DNA from: Firmicutes bacterium UBA5389
GTDB taxonomy: Bacteria; Bacillota; DTU025
Direction of reading: 5' to 3'
DNA length: 64,000 nt
NCBI GenBank assembly: GCA_002409965.1
Contig: DHON01000105.1
Coordinates: 5,461-69,460, forward strand
Both the position numbers and the translations under genes were made by a program. Of this stretch, positions 1 through 10,500 are shown piece after piece; the first letter of the stretch is position 1, and every line of letters starts with the position of its first letter. The notes below the pieces were generated by a model that saw only the letters and a list, made by a program, of their open reading frames with translations, had not been told where the DNA came from and did not search any database.

Positions 1-943
1 GGAGATCTGAGTCTCGAAGAACGATATCCGTATCAGCTAGCCTGTCCAGCAACCCTGACACATGACCCAGCTCGATCTCTCGAGCCACTAGGAGGCTCTC
101 AATCTCGCGGTCTACGCGTACCGTGGTCCGCAGAATGAGGTTGAGGTTCCCAATGAAGCTCATCGGCTCTTTCGATTCTCCTAGCGATTCTGCACACCTC
201 TCCGCGAACAGGTTGATGCGATCTAGCCAGTCGTGTCTCATGAGCGGAGGTTCACCAGACACCAGGCTAGGAAACCGACTCAGCTGGGGATACAGACTCC
301 TCGCATCAGTCGTCTGCCAAGCCAGATTCCACACCGATTCCAGCGTCTGTGCCTTGCTTGGACGCCGCTTTCTCGAGTCCGCAGTGCTGTGTTCAGCCCA
401 CTGATGCTGCATCTGCAATTCGGATATCCGTTTACGCACGGCCTTTCTGGTAGCATCGACCGTTTTCACAATTTCGCTGATGGAAACGGGAGTCTCAACG
501 AGAAAGTCCTTGAGCAGAACTTCGGCATCTTGCTCTTCGAACAGGTGATGCAAGACATCCTGAGAGAGAAACCCGGCTCTAACAGCGAGTTTCCTGTGAT
601 CTGCCGGCACATCTCTCCAACTGCCAGCGTCCCAGTCAACATGTTCATTGGGGCCGGATACGGTGGCTACGAGCTTGTCCTGCGTTCCATCTTCCATCAG
701 TGCCTCTATGGCAACCGTGGCACAGTCCGTCCGCCCCACCGAGATGACGGGCACACGTTCCTTGTAGTAGTGTCCAGTTAGCGCCAAGCATAGTGCGTCC
801 ACGAGACTAGTTTTTCCGAATCCATTAGGACCTGTCACTAGGACGATGTCTGCGTCTGTGTCCAAGGTCTTGGCCTTGACGAATCCGCGGAAACCCTCTG
901 CTGTGATCGTTCTGACTCTACATATTCTCTGTGGCATCCAAAT
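1..943 (-). CDS. SMC/RecF-like ABC ATPase, N-terminal part (LmuB-like); partial, continues beyond the window start
   Basis: The reverse-strand ORF starts at ATG 941-943, overlapping the stop of the upstream gene. My translation is MPQRICRVRTITAEGFRGF...IVLVTGPNGFGKTSLVDALCLALTG: a Walker A (GPNGFGKTS) plus the 'DAL.LAL.G' motif typical of SMC/RecF/AAA_23 heads. It reads open to position 1. It is absent from the supplied ORF track because no stop lies inside the window. Confidence 0.7.
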   Translation of the reverse strand, partial: MWMPQRICRVRTITAEGFRGFVKAKTLDTDADIVLVTGPNGFGKTSLVDALCLALTGHYYKERVPVISVGRTDCATVAIEALMEDGTQDKLVATVSGPNEHVDWDAGSWRDVPADHRKLAVRAGFLSQDVLHHLFEEQDAEVLLKDFLVETPVSISEIVKTVDATRKAVRKRISELQMQHQWAEHSTADSRKRRPSKAQTLESVWNLAWQTTDARSLYPQLSRFPSLVSGEPPLMRHDWLDRINLFAERCAESLGESKEPMSFIGNLNLILRTTVRVDREIESLLVAREIELGHVSGLLDRLADTDIVLRDSDL

Positions 944-1628
944 CAGCCTCTCTCATTCTCTCGCCAATGCAGTCCAGTCGCCCCTGGATCCAAGCGTCAA
1001 GCTCAGACCTAAGGTACTCGGTGTCACCGTCTCGATTGGTCTCAGCAGCATGGCGCAATATGGTGATGATCTGGGAGATCAAAGCACGGTGAAGCTCTGA
1101 CAGGCTCATCGAGTCCCCTTTGTCGTTGAGCCTGCGGATAAACGTTTCGGTGCTTATCGGCTTCAATGGAGCACTCATTTCGCTCGTCCCCGTGCCTAAC
1201 ACGGCCCTCGATACACACTCCGAGACCGCGGCGATGGAATCAACTGGAAGCATGGCGAAATCTCCACGGTGCCAGTCCTGGTTGCTCGAGGCAGACTGGA
1301 GTTCCTGCAATAGGTTCTGATCTTCCGCGAGAGCAATGCAGATACAAGGACCGAATAGCCCAAGCTGGATTGCGCACGCCGCCATGGTTCTCATCAGGCG
1401 TGCAATGTCGTTGGCACACCGTACCTGATGACCCTGTACGCCTTCCCGCTGAACCACGACTGCGCAAAGGGCAATGTCCGTCAAGTACACGCAGTCCAGC
1501 TCTACAGCACAGTCGGGCGGCAGCGCACATCGCTTGGTGTCATCATCCAGCCGTAGCTCGGCTCTCCGGAGTGGTCCAAATGGCGCAGTCCGCTGGCTGA
1601 GTTCCAGACCCGCTTCTGTGACACTCAT
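918..1628 (-). CDS. Hypothetical 236-aa protein, candidate small middle subunit (LmuC/DdmB-like position) between the SIR2 and SMC genes
   Basis: The ORF is overlap-coupled to both neighbours: its stop overlaps the ATPase start, and its start overlaps the SIR2 stop at 1625-1628. I see no recognisable motif. Confidence 0.5.
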   Translation of the reverse strand: MSVTEAGLELSQRTAPFGPLRRAELRLDDDTKRCALPPDCAVELDCVYLTDIALCAVVVQREGVQGHQVRCANDIARLMRTMAACAIQLGLFGPCICIALAEDQNLLQELQSASSNQDWHRGDFAMLPVDSIAAVSECVSRAVLGTGTSEMSAPLKPISTETFIRRLNDKGDSMSLSELHRALISQIITILRHAAETNRDGDTEYLRSELDAWIQGRLDCIGERMREADLDATENM

Positions 1629-3577
1629 ATGGCATGCACCTCCATTACCGGTCGCGCTACACGGCTTATGCGAGGCCGATCCTCATCGACAAGGAGATTA
1701 CAATGGGCAAGGTTGCGTGTAAACACATTCTGTATCGAATCAGCAGTCGATGAAACGCCTGCATTGGTTCGGAGCAGACTGCTAAGCGGTATTGAGTATA
1801 CGTGGATGAAACGCGTAGCTGTTGCTTCCTCATCTTTCTTGTCCATGGCCCTGATCCTCATAGACTTCGCCTTGACAGAGTGTCCGACCAGTATCTGCAC
1901 TATGGTACCCACGTTCCCGAGGCAAGACGAATAAGGCAGCGTCTCGGTCGAGCTGAATGCGCAGTCAGGGTGAGTCAGCGTGATCAGCATCTTCGGCCCA
2001 GCCTTTAGCTCGTCGTACCTGAAGTAGGTTCCAAGTATGTCAGTGCAATTGACTCTCTGCTTGATGTACTCACAGGAGGCCTGAGGCGACAGGACGGTAG
2101 TATGTCTCCCGTATAGCAAATAGAGCACCAGAAAGAACGCTGGCACAAGTACTGGCCTATCGGCCAGTGCACAGTACCAACTGCTGCTGTCTTTCCAGAC
2201 CTTTTGACGATACCTAACATGCCACATCCACCTTGACAGAAGCGTTGAATGGCCATCTAGATCGAGCATTGCCTGCAATCTCCCGAAAATATGCATGTTT
2301 GAGTCATCGCCAAGCGACGGCGTAGGGAGCAGCCAGTCTGTAAGCTCAGCCATCAGGGCATGTGAGCCATAGGATGCCTCATCAACCACGTGCCAGAAGG
2401 TCGTTCCGGGCCGAAGCTGTGCACAAAGCAGCTTCCAAAACACAGCCATGTACACGTACTTCCACAGCAGATCGGCAGCGAGCGCCCTACCCCCCGCAGT
2501 GCCCGGCCAGAACGAACCGTCCCGGCCGGTCAGGCAATTGCCGTAGACTGACAGGTTCTGTTCCGACAGGGTTACGCCGCATGAATGAAGGAACGAGAAG
2601 AGCATCTGTTTCTGATCGAAGGAAAGGCATTCTTCATACGCGTGCACAAACGGAGCATTGGGTTGTTGCCACGCGTCCGAGGACTCCCTAGGTGATTCAG
2701 GACCGCGATTGTCTAGTGTCGGAGCGCCATCTCTATTGCCCGAGCTGCCGAACTCCTCACAGATCTGAGTGAACGTGTGCTTGACCTGAGGCTCCGGACT
2801 GCCAAAGCCACTGAAGACAAGGCATCGAGTACGAAGTCGGTCCCTAAGCAATTCCCGGCTCCAGTGCCGATCACGCCAGTCCTGAAGTTGGGATCCTGTG
2901 AGCAGGATGGTCTTGGCGAGCGCTTCCCGATCGGACCACCGGTGGTGCGTTGAACTGCGCGCGAGACGCTCCGAGCATCCATTGATGTAGTATACCTTGA
3001 GCACCGGTCTACCATCCGCGCTTCGGAAGCCCGCGCCGTTCCTATACTCATGGAGATTTGCAATCTCCTTCAAATGCTTGTCGGAATGCAGGCATTGGTT
3101 CTCAAATGTGTCTACGAAGGCTCTAGAAATGCAAATGTCGAAATTGGTGGTGATTATCTCCTCGATGACGCCCTCTCGAGCCAGGAACGCCAGATATCGA
3201 TGAGCCGGTACGATACAGATAGTGGTGAAGTCCTGAATGCGCAGTGTTCTGTAAACGAGGGACTGATATGGGTATCGTGATCCTCTGCTGGTTGTCTCCC
3301 ACACAAACCTGTCACAGCAATACGCCAAGGAGCGGGGGCTGTTGCATTCTCCTCGAGACATCTGCGCTTGACAATCTCCGTAGCACTGCAGATTCCGGCA
3401 CACCCGATTAATCATGTACGATGTCTTTGCCACCGGCCTTCCCCTAGGGCAGGTCGACCCATATGATATTCCAGCGCCGATGAACGGGACTGCGCTCCTG
3501 TCCATGATCCGCTCTACAAGCCTGGCAAAACGCGCCTCCGTGGTTCCATTGCCCGAGGCTCTCGCTTCCTCAGCCAT
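1625..3577 (-). CDS. SIR2-family (SIR2_2-type) protein of 650 aa, a likely NAD+-depleting effector (LmuA-like position)
   Basis: It carries 'SAVPFIGAGISYG' (a GAGIS NAD-binding loop) and 'EEIITTNFDICISRAF' (the TTNYD-type SIR2_2 motif). It sits 5' of the small ORF and the SMC ATPase on the same strand. Confidence 0.7.
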   Translation of the reverse strand: MAEEARASGNGTTEARFARLVERIMDRSAVPFIGAGISYGSTCPRGRPVAKTSYMINRVCRNLQCYGDCQAQMSRGECNSPRSLAYCCDRFVWETTSRGSRYPYQSLVYRTLRIQDFTTICIVPAHRYLAFLAREGVIEEIITTNFDICISRAFVDTFENQCLHSDKHLKEIANLHEYRNGAGFRSADGRPVLKVYYINGCSERLARSSTHHRWSDREALAKTILLTGSQLQDWRDRHWSRELLRDRLRTRCLVFSGFGSPEPQVKHTFTQICEEFGSSGNRDGAPTLDNRGPESPRESSDAWQQPNAPFVHAYEECLSFDQKQMLFSFLHSCGVTLSEQNLSVYGNCLTGRDGSFWPGTAGGRALAADLLWKYVYMAVFWKLLCAQLRPGTTFWHVVDEASYGSHALMAELTDWLLPTPSLGDDSNMHIFGRLQAMLDLDGHSTLLSRWMWHVRYRQKVWKDSSSWYCALADRPVLVPAFFLVLYLLYGRHTTVLSPQASCEYIKQRVNCTDILGTYFRYDELKAGPKMLITLTHPDCAFSSTETLPYSSCLGNVGTIVQILVGHSVKAKSMRIRAMDKKDEEATATRFIHVYSIPLSSLLRTNAGVSSTADSIQNVFTRNLAHCNLLVDEDRPRISRVARPVMEVHAI

Positions 3578-3980
3578 CTCATCCTCCTACGCTCGTTTCC
3601 TGATACGCTGGCGAGACCAGTTCATCAGCCCTAGACGGCTGCATGTACCAACAAGCTGCGATTCCATGCGCTCTTTCAGCTCTGCCATACACGACGCGGC
3701 ATCCATGCGGCACCACCTGCAGCGACCAAGTGCCTTCGACGGCTGCACGATCCTGCGATGTCATATATTCTCGACAATTACTCCATATCCTTCATGAAAC
3801 CAGCATTGGCGACCACGCTGAAAGTCCGAGGTGCTCTGCCTCGTCTATCGCCGGTGCGTTTCTGCCTTCACAGCCTCTCGAGGATGATGCAGTTGTCGCT
3901 TGAAAACGCGGCACTCTACCGCAATCATCGCATGTCGAGCACCTGCAGGCCAAGTGTTGAACCCCACTAAGCCAGCTGCC

Positions 3981-6305
3981 CTAAGAAGACGGCGGACTCA
4001 GATCGATCCGAAAGTCCTTGAGTAACTGGGGAATCTCCCCATCGCCTATCTGAGCCTGTAGGTACTCAACCAGATCCTGTTGCCGTGGCTGGCCAAAGGC
4101 CATCCGATATAGAGCTAGACGCTGATGCAGCGTATTCACGGCCTGAATCTCCCAACTCATGGGTAGAGACGCGACATGCCGGCGAGTTCTGTAGCCCTGC
4201 GCAGGCTCGTACACCCAGAACGGTTCGAGATCGCTTCTGCCGGCCCCTCTAGCTCTTAATGCCCGTTGGAACATGAGCCCCCATGGATCAGCTAACCCCG
4301 GAGGTCGACTAATCCTGCGCCAGACGGCACTCATACCCAAATCGAGCGCAAGGTTTCGCCGTACGGTGTGGCATTTGTACCTGTGTACGCGACCATCACG
4401 CTGCTCAAGGTCCACCGGGTTGGTGGGCAGATTCCAGTGGTAGACCTCATGGCAGTATTGATGCAGATCCACTCCCTCCTGGCCTGTTGAGGTGGTAGCG
4501 AGGATGAAGGGACGAAACGGCGAGTTGAAAGCCGACATTACCTGTGCTGAACGCACTGCGCGGTCATTTGCATCGTCTGCGCTGTCTTTGCCGTCTCCTA
4601 GCCTGATGGCAAACTTACATCGAATTCGGTGGTTCTCCAGCAACAGCTGGTCTTCGCAGCCGTCATGAGCATTGTACGAAATCTCATCAAAATCCAGGGC
4701 GACTGTCCTTATCGTAAGGGCACTGCATACCTTGTCGCAAATGGCTCGCAGATTCGTTGCGAGGTCGGTGTCCGCAGTCCCAGTTGAGTCACTGAGGACA
4801 TGGAGGTACTCATCCATCACCGACTGCAAGTTTCCGCTGATGCAGTAGTCCAGCACGCTGACGCGGTAAGGATCTGAGGTCTTGGTCCGCTTCTTCTGAA
4901 CCAAGATAGACGACTCCGGCAAATTGAACATGTCCCTGAAAGCCAGAGCTACCTTCGCTGCACAGCTCATCAGAATCATTCCCTCCGTGTCGGCGGGAGG
5001 CCTGCTTCTGAGCAATCTGCACATGGCCCGAAGAGTCACAACCGCCGGCGATCCAATGGCCACCTTGGCCAGCGTCTCGGCCACCCCGTCCAGGACACGC
5101 TCTGGTATAGCTCGCCCACGCCGCCGCGCGCTGCGGGAGCGGTTATGTCCCTCTAGCTCATCGAATCCGCGCACAAACGCCTCTACGTGCTCTCGAAAGC
5201 CAGCCGAGTCCCCATCGTCGGACCTAGATCGCACCATTGCGCTCCATCTCTCGCCGGCACAGCAGTCCTCCGAATGCAGCCAATGCCCTGACAGCTCAGA
5301 ACTGTAGTGAGCATCCAGCGCCGCCATGGACATCCATGTCCAGTACTCGGTAGAACAGTATCGGGACCGCTTGTTCACAGCCGTGCCTCGACCCGTTATA
5401 CCACTGCCGCAAGTCTCAGTACCCGATCCCACTCGAACTCGTGACAGGAGGCTACGCACCTCTGCCGCCGCCCTTTTCAGCAATACTGACTCCTCCGGAA
5501 TCTCACCTGCACCATGGCCCACGCAGCTAGCCGCGATTTTCGCAGGGTCGATCATGGTAGCTAGTGTCCAACACGGGTAGGCTAGGGTCAGGTTAGCCAT
5601 ATTCTCGGGGAATCCGCCTGCGCCTCTGTCGAATCTCAGGATGCCAGTGCTGCGCTTATCGCTACTGTAACGGACTGAGCGTACGCCTGCCTCGACAGCT
5701 GCTCGTCTCTCCGCCTCGTAGCTGCACAGCATAGCAATGACCTTCGGGACAACCTGCCACGCTGAGAACACAAGCGACTTGGTGAACCCTTCTCGTGGGA
5801 CGGCTGAGTAAGGTTCTCGTGCCGGACGGCAATACGGCAGGGAAGGAGGAATCCATAGAAGCCGCCATAAGGCAGTGTCAATCGTATTCCGCATGAGGAC
5901 ACGCAGCCTTCCGTTAGCGGGATCTATCTTCCTGTAGTGGTTTACGTCATCCCACTTCAGCTGTGTCTTCAGTGCTGCGCGTATCGCTTCCTCAGCTGCC
6001 TCATGGTAATCGGTACCTGTGATGTAGTCCTCAAGCCGCCTCTTCAAGTCGTATGCGCTCTTGTCCATGCAGTTTAGGATGTACGGCGCGGACTTCCAGT
6101 ATTCCACTGCATCAGGAGCGCCCAGGCTGCGAGCCACGCGGTCTACCGCGCAGAACGATCTGAGATCCCGGGGCATAACAATGCACGAATCACGCACTTC
6201 CTCAACCATCCCGCCGCGGTCAGGCGTTGCAGCCAGGCGTTCGGTGCGCACCATTACTCTTCGCAGACACTTCTCCACTGCCTCTTTTGCCTCCGACCTA
6301 TGCAC
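3981..6305 (-). CDS. Helicase C-terminal-domain protein of 774 aa (SF2 motifs IV-VI only); no Walker A or DExH found
   Basis: 'KSLVFSAWQ' looks like motif IV. 'ILATTSTGQEGVDLH' looks like motif V, and 'NPVDLEQRDGRVHRYK' like motif VI (QRxGRxxR). About 400 aa lie between motifs IV and V. The apparent start is GTG at 6305. No GxGK[ST] or DExH appears anywhere in the ORF. Confidence 0.55.
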   Translation of the reverse strand: MHRSEAKEAVEKCLRRVMVRTERLAATPDRGGMVEEVRDSCIVMPRDLRSFCAVDRVARSLGAPDAVEYWKSAPYILNCMDKSAYDLKRRLEDYITGTDYHEAAEEAIRAALKTQLKWDDVNHYRKIDPANGRLRVLMRNTIDTALWRLLWIPPSLPYCRPAREPYSAVPREGFTKSLVFSAWQVVPKVIAMLCSYEAERRAAVEAGVRSVRYSSDKRSTGILRFDRGAGGFPENMANLTLAYPCWTLATMIDPAKIAASCVGHGAGEIPEESVLLKRAAAEVRSLLSRVRVGSGTETCGSGITGRGTAVNKRSRYCSTEYWTWMSMAALDAHYSSELSGHWLHSEDCCAGERWSAMVRSRSDDGDSAGFREHVEAFVRGFDELEGHNRSRSARRRGRAIPERVLDGVAETLAKVAIGSPAVVTLRAMCRLLRSRPPADTEGMILMSCAAKVALAFRDMFNLPESSILVQKKRTKTSDPYRVSVLDYCISGNLQSVMDEYLHVLSDSTGTADTDLATNLRAICDKVCSALTIRTVALDFDEISYNAHDGCEDQLLLENHRIRCKFAIRLGDGKDSADDANDRAVRSAQVMSAFNSPFRPFILATTSTGQEGVDLHQYCHEVYHWNLPTNPVDLEQRDGRVHRYKCHTVRRNLALDLGMSAVWRRISRPPGLADPWGLMFQRALRARGAGRSDLEPFWVYEPAQGYRTRRHVASLPMSWEIQAVNTLHQRLALYRMAFGQPRQQDLVEYLQAQIGDGEIPQLLKDFRIDLSPPSS

Positions 6306-6309
6306 TCTC

Positions 6310-6385
6310 TACTTGCCAAACAGACCCAGCGACTCGCAGGAGTCCTCCATGATGCAGTTGCTCGATGCGACAAGACTGAACGGTC
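6310..6385 (-). pseudogene. Remnant of a DegT/WbpE-type aminotransferase, a ~25-codon mosaic with an internal deletion
   Basis: The minus strand reads PFSLVASSNCIMEDSCESLGLFGK*. This joins two motifs of the 25.5-26.8 kb DegT gene (PFSFIASSNCI ... EDSCESLGS). Nucleotide identity by eye is ~30/33 and ~26/30 over those two blocks. It ends at a TAG immediately 5' of the GTG start of the helicase-C ORF and in the same frame. Confidence 0.5.
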
Positions 6386-6571
6386 GGCTGTGTGAACACC
6401 ACAAAAGGCGGCGCCCACGTGGAACTGCGGCGTTAACGTTCAGCAGTGTTGCCAATGTGGCGCAAATGTCGGAAGCGCTGGGATGAGTGAGGAGCCTATA
6501 GAGGGTTCAGGGGGGGCCTGGACCCTAGGGGAATCGCAGCGGCAGTTTACGCCACTTGACAAGACCTGACC

Positions 6572-7537
6572 TCAAGATCGGCGTACGTGCCTTCCAATCG
6601 CTTCAACCGCCAGGTCGGCGAGGAACTGGGATCCGGATCCGATCTCCATCAGCTCACGCATGGCGTCTACCTGGCTGGAGTCATCCAGGAACGATGCAAG
6701 GGCGCAGTGATTCCTAGTCCCCACTGAGACCACTACATAGAGATAGCTGACGTGGTCTCTGTCGCTCCGACCAACCTTGAACCTGACCACGTATGCATCA
6801 CCCTCCGGGCTCAGCACGAGCACGCTGCGGTATCCTCCATCCCACCAACAACCCCTGATGCGTCCCAGAGGTCTGGTACCTATGCCCATGTCCTCCATGA
6901 ACGTGTGTCCGCGCCATTCAAACGGCTCGGTGAACACTGCCGAATTCGAGCCAATGAGTTCATGCAAGCGCCCTGCAGGTTCCGTCGCGTCCGGATCGCT
7001 GAACGTGCCAGACGATAGCAAATGAGCGCTTTCGCCGCCACTACTATAGGGCTGGTCTGCCAATTGCCCTAAACCGCACTGACATTGCTCCATATTCAGC
7101 TGGCCAAAGTGTGGCAGTTCATCTACAGGTGTTTTGCTGTGACGATAGTGATCCATCATCCAGGCCTTTACTGCCCGCCCGTTGGTCAACGCCATATAGC
7201 GTGCTCCCGTAGCTGTGCAATAGCCGAAAGCTTGCTCTTCATGGGCGACAGTCAGCGAAACGCCCTGCTTCTTGCATTCCACAACCATCAACGCACACTG
7301 CGCCTTCGCCGGCTTCACGAGGATGTCCGCTCTCTGCCCGCTCCCGTCCTGCAGAGGAATCTCAGTATGAATCCATGAAGACGGATATCCATACTCCTGC
7401 ATGAGCGTCTCGACGGCATTGTGCCTGACCTTCTCCTCACCAGTTAGGCGCACGAGCCTCTGACGGCTGCGGTCAAGCCAGTATTTCCTCCTGCCGCAGC
7501 GATACGTGGAGCGCCCGTCCCAGTTCCCTATGATCAT
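6572..7537 (-). CDS. PD-(D/E)xK nuclease-like protein of 321 aa (HsdR-N / Mrr-like N-terminal domain)
   Basis: 'EIPLQDGSGQRADILV...CALMVVECKKQG' fits the D...E-x-K pattern of type I R-subunit N-terminal / restriction-endonuclease-like domains. It lies 8 nt downstream of the Dna2-like gene on the same strand. Confidence 0.5.
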   Translation of the reverse strand: MIIGNWDGRSTYRCGRRKYWLDRSRQRLVRLTGEEKVRHNAVETLMQEYGYPSSWIHTEIPLQDGSGQRADILVKPAKAQCALMVVECKKQGVSLTVAHEEQAFGYCTATGARYMALTNGRAVKAWMMDHYRHSKTPVDELPHFGQLNMEQCQCGLGQLADQPYSSGGESAHLLSSGTFSDPDATEPAGRLHELIGSNSAVFTEPFEWRGHTFMEDMGIGTRPLGRIRGCWWDGGYRSVLVLSPEGDAYVVRFKVGRSDRDHVSYLYVVVSVGTRNHCALASFLDDSSQVDAMRELMEIGSGSQFLADLAVEAIGRHVRRS

Positions 7538-7544
7538 ACGTCGG

Positions 7545-10500
7545 TCACCGCCTGTACACCGCCAGCCGCGTGCCTTCGGGATGCATGTCGCACTTGACTG
7601 TGAAGTCCAGGGCCTGGCCTGCGGCAGTGTGCATTCCGAGCCTGCGCATCATGCCGGCGCCCATTGCAGTCTCAGGGTTTTCCAGTACAGATAAACAAGG
7701 CTTGAGCAATGGACGTGGGACGAACACTATACATTTCGACTTGGCTCTTGTAACGGCAACGTTGAAGCGGTTAAGACTGTATATGAACTCGCCCTCGATC
7801 ATAGCGCATTCCGGGTCGGCCAGGCCGTAGCTGACGATGACGACTTCACACTCCTGCCCCTGCATCTTGTCGACGGTGTCGACGAAGTGCGGCGCGCGCA
7901 GGTTGCGTCTGTCCAGCTCCTGTTTGATGGCGGATATCTGCGCGTGATGGGGCGACACGATGAACAGGCCCCGCTGCCAGAACGCCGCATCCCCGGCCAT
8001 GGTGTCGGGGAATGGGCGATTCGTGCTCTCGTCCTTCAGGCGTCTGCGCAGTTCGCATGTGAGTTCCGCCACGAGCTCTGCCTCGGCCCAGTTTGCCGCG
8101 CCTGTCTGGACATCCTCCAGCACGCACATTGTCCATGAATAGGCGGGATCGATCACGGTTTCGACCCACTGGCGTTCAGTGCGCGAGCCAGCCGAACCAC
8201 GTCTTGCCGAGCCGCCGGCTGAGCGCGGCGCGGCAATGGGCATTCGCCTCTCCCCTACTCTTTCGTTGGCGCTACGGTATCCGGGTCCGTACAGACAATC
8301 TGCGCTGAAGCTGCACAACGACGTGTTCATGCGGAAGTTCTCCAGCAGCTGGCAGGTAATCGTGTTGGCCTCACGGTCGTGCTCGCGAACAGCCTCGAAC
8401 ACTGAGCGATGAAGCACCGGTTCGTCTGGGCCGACCTCAGGATACACGCCATTAATGATTGGCGAAAGCTGTTTGTCGTCTCCGGCGATGATTAGGCGGC
8501 CCGCCGGCGACAGCCGGGAGATGGCCAGCAGTGACTCGGCCGCTTTGACCTGGGAGCCTTCGTCGATCACCACTGCGTCGAACGGGCGCGGCCCGGGCTG
8601 TGACCTAAACGCCTTGAGCATGGAGTACACGGTGCCGCCCACAATGCACTGCTCATTCCGCCCGATGAACCCCATCGCCCCGTCACGATCGATACAGTCA
8701 ATGCCTTCGCAACCCTGGGTGTAGACAGGCCCGAGCTTTGCGAGCGGAGCATCATCCTGATCCATGCCGAGATCCTCCCGGAGCGAATCTATCTTTCGCA
8801 GACAGTTCTCAATGGCGGCATGGGTAAAGGCTGTGACCAATATGCGCATGGGTCTGCGCGCGCGGGTCGCCGCCTCCAGCAGTGTCAGGACTGCAAGGGC
8901 TAGGAAGTGTGTCTTCCCGGTACCCGGAGGACCCCATACAAGCGTCAGTTGGTTGTCGATGATGTGGCTGAGCGCGTCTAGCTGGCTGTCTGTGAAGCGA
9001 TCCCGCCGCTCTCTGCGCTTCAGGAGCCTCTCGATCTCTTTGCGGACAGGGCCCTTTAGAGCTGTCCTTGGCCCAAGAAGGGAGTGCGGCGACGTGAGCA
9101 CAGTGGTGGCCGGGGCGGCGCCGGACTGGTCGATCTCGCGCAGACGCCCGATCACTCTGTCGGTGTTGAAGTCCGTGAACGCTGGGTGCAGCAGATAACG
9201 CCTCCCCGGCACGATGTTGGGAGACTCGGGGCCAGGCTTGATTCTCAGGGTGAAACGGCGGCGGTCGCCCTCGACCTCGATCTCCCCGCAGATCTCGGCG
9301 AAGGCCAGCGCCGCGTTCTTCGGAACGAACCACTTGTTCCGCCACCTGTAGTCGGCGAAGCGCATCTGCGCCATCTCGCCGTCCTCGGAATCCTCGGTGA
9401 GCAGAAGACGCCACTGGCCGACCAGCTGTTCGATCTCTGGCGACGTTGTTACGAAGATACCCTCCCCGGCGGCGACTATGGGTATGGTAGTCCCCGCCCT
9501 TTCCCTTTCGAGACGGGTGAGCGTGCGCACATTGCGAATACTCAGATAATCCATGACGCTTTCATATCTGGTCATGAAAGCTAGCCGTGAAAGCACTGGG
9601 TCACTGAAGTCATCAGGCATGGGCATGCGGAATTTGGGCGGCCAAGCGAAGAGGTTGTCGGCGTGGTCACGGATTCGGTCCACCACATTTCGAGCTGCCC
9701 ATAATCGAATCCTCAAGCGGCGCCCTATCCGTTCCACATAGTCTGACTTACCACGATACCACACGTCGAATATGGCGTCGGACTTCAGCCTGTTGGAGAA
9801 GGCGAAGTCCCAGTAGGCGTCAACCTCATAGCTGAACGAATCGCTGCTATCCTCGTCGTTGAAAGCCGCGAGCACGTCACCCAGCTGGTAGGCCACAGCG
9901 ATGGGCATTTGGAAGAGTCGACGGATCACCGACGTGAGCGCCACAAGAGGGGAATCCGCAGTCTCATCCGGGCGCTCTTCGGTCGACATGAGATCCTCGC
10001 TCTGAAAATGAAACAGCAGAGCCAGAGCTTCCTCCGCCACATCTGGATCAGACAGCGCTTCCAGCAGGAGTTCCCTGAGCAGATCGGCTTCATACGAATC
10101 GAAGACATATGTCTGAAGCGACTTCTTGTCCTTCCACTCGCTGTGTGCGGCATTGTAGTCGTCAAGTTCCTGGAAGACCTCGTAGAGCGCCAGCACGAAG
10201 TCGCGCCTCACGTCCTCGCACTCATCGGGGCACGACGCTACGAACTGCCGGGCGTCGTAGCTGTCGGCAGAGAACACCTCATTGCTGCCGGTGCGGAGTA
10301 GACCTGCAGCGTATGTCAAACCCGATACAGGCTCGCGCTGCAGTGTCAACACCAGGCGAACGTTCTCGCCGCGGGGCATGGCAGGTGTGGCGCCGCCGGA
10401 CGCCACGACTTCGTCGGTGGTCAAGGCCTCGACTGCGTACTCCAGTTTCTCCTCTTGCCCGCCCAAAGTGGCCGAACCGTCGAGGATGCTGGGGGCATCC

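Noticed and set aside
233-781. Plus-strand 182-aa ORF (and similar plus ORFs at 1166-1600 and 1629-1934)
   Set aside because: It lies entirely antisense to the continuous minus-strand SMC-like and middle-protein coding sequence. It has no motifs and a GC-rich frame-shadow composition.
3414-3970. Plus-strand ORFs (127, 86 and 70 aa) in the 3.6-3.98 kb intergenic region
   Set aside because: They are short, without motifs, and overlap one another. The region is more likely a promoter or leader between the helicase-C gene and the SIR2 operon.
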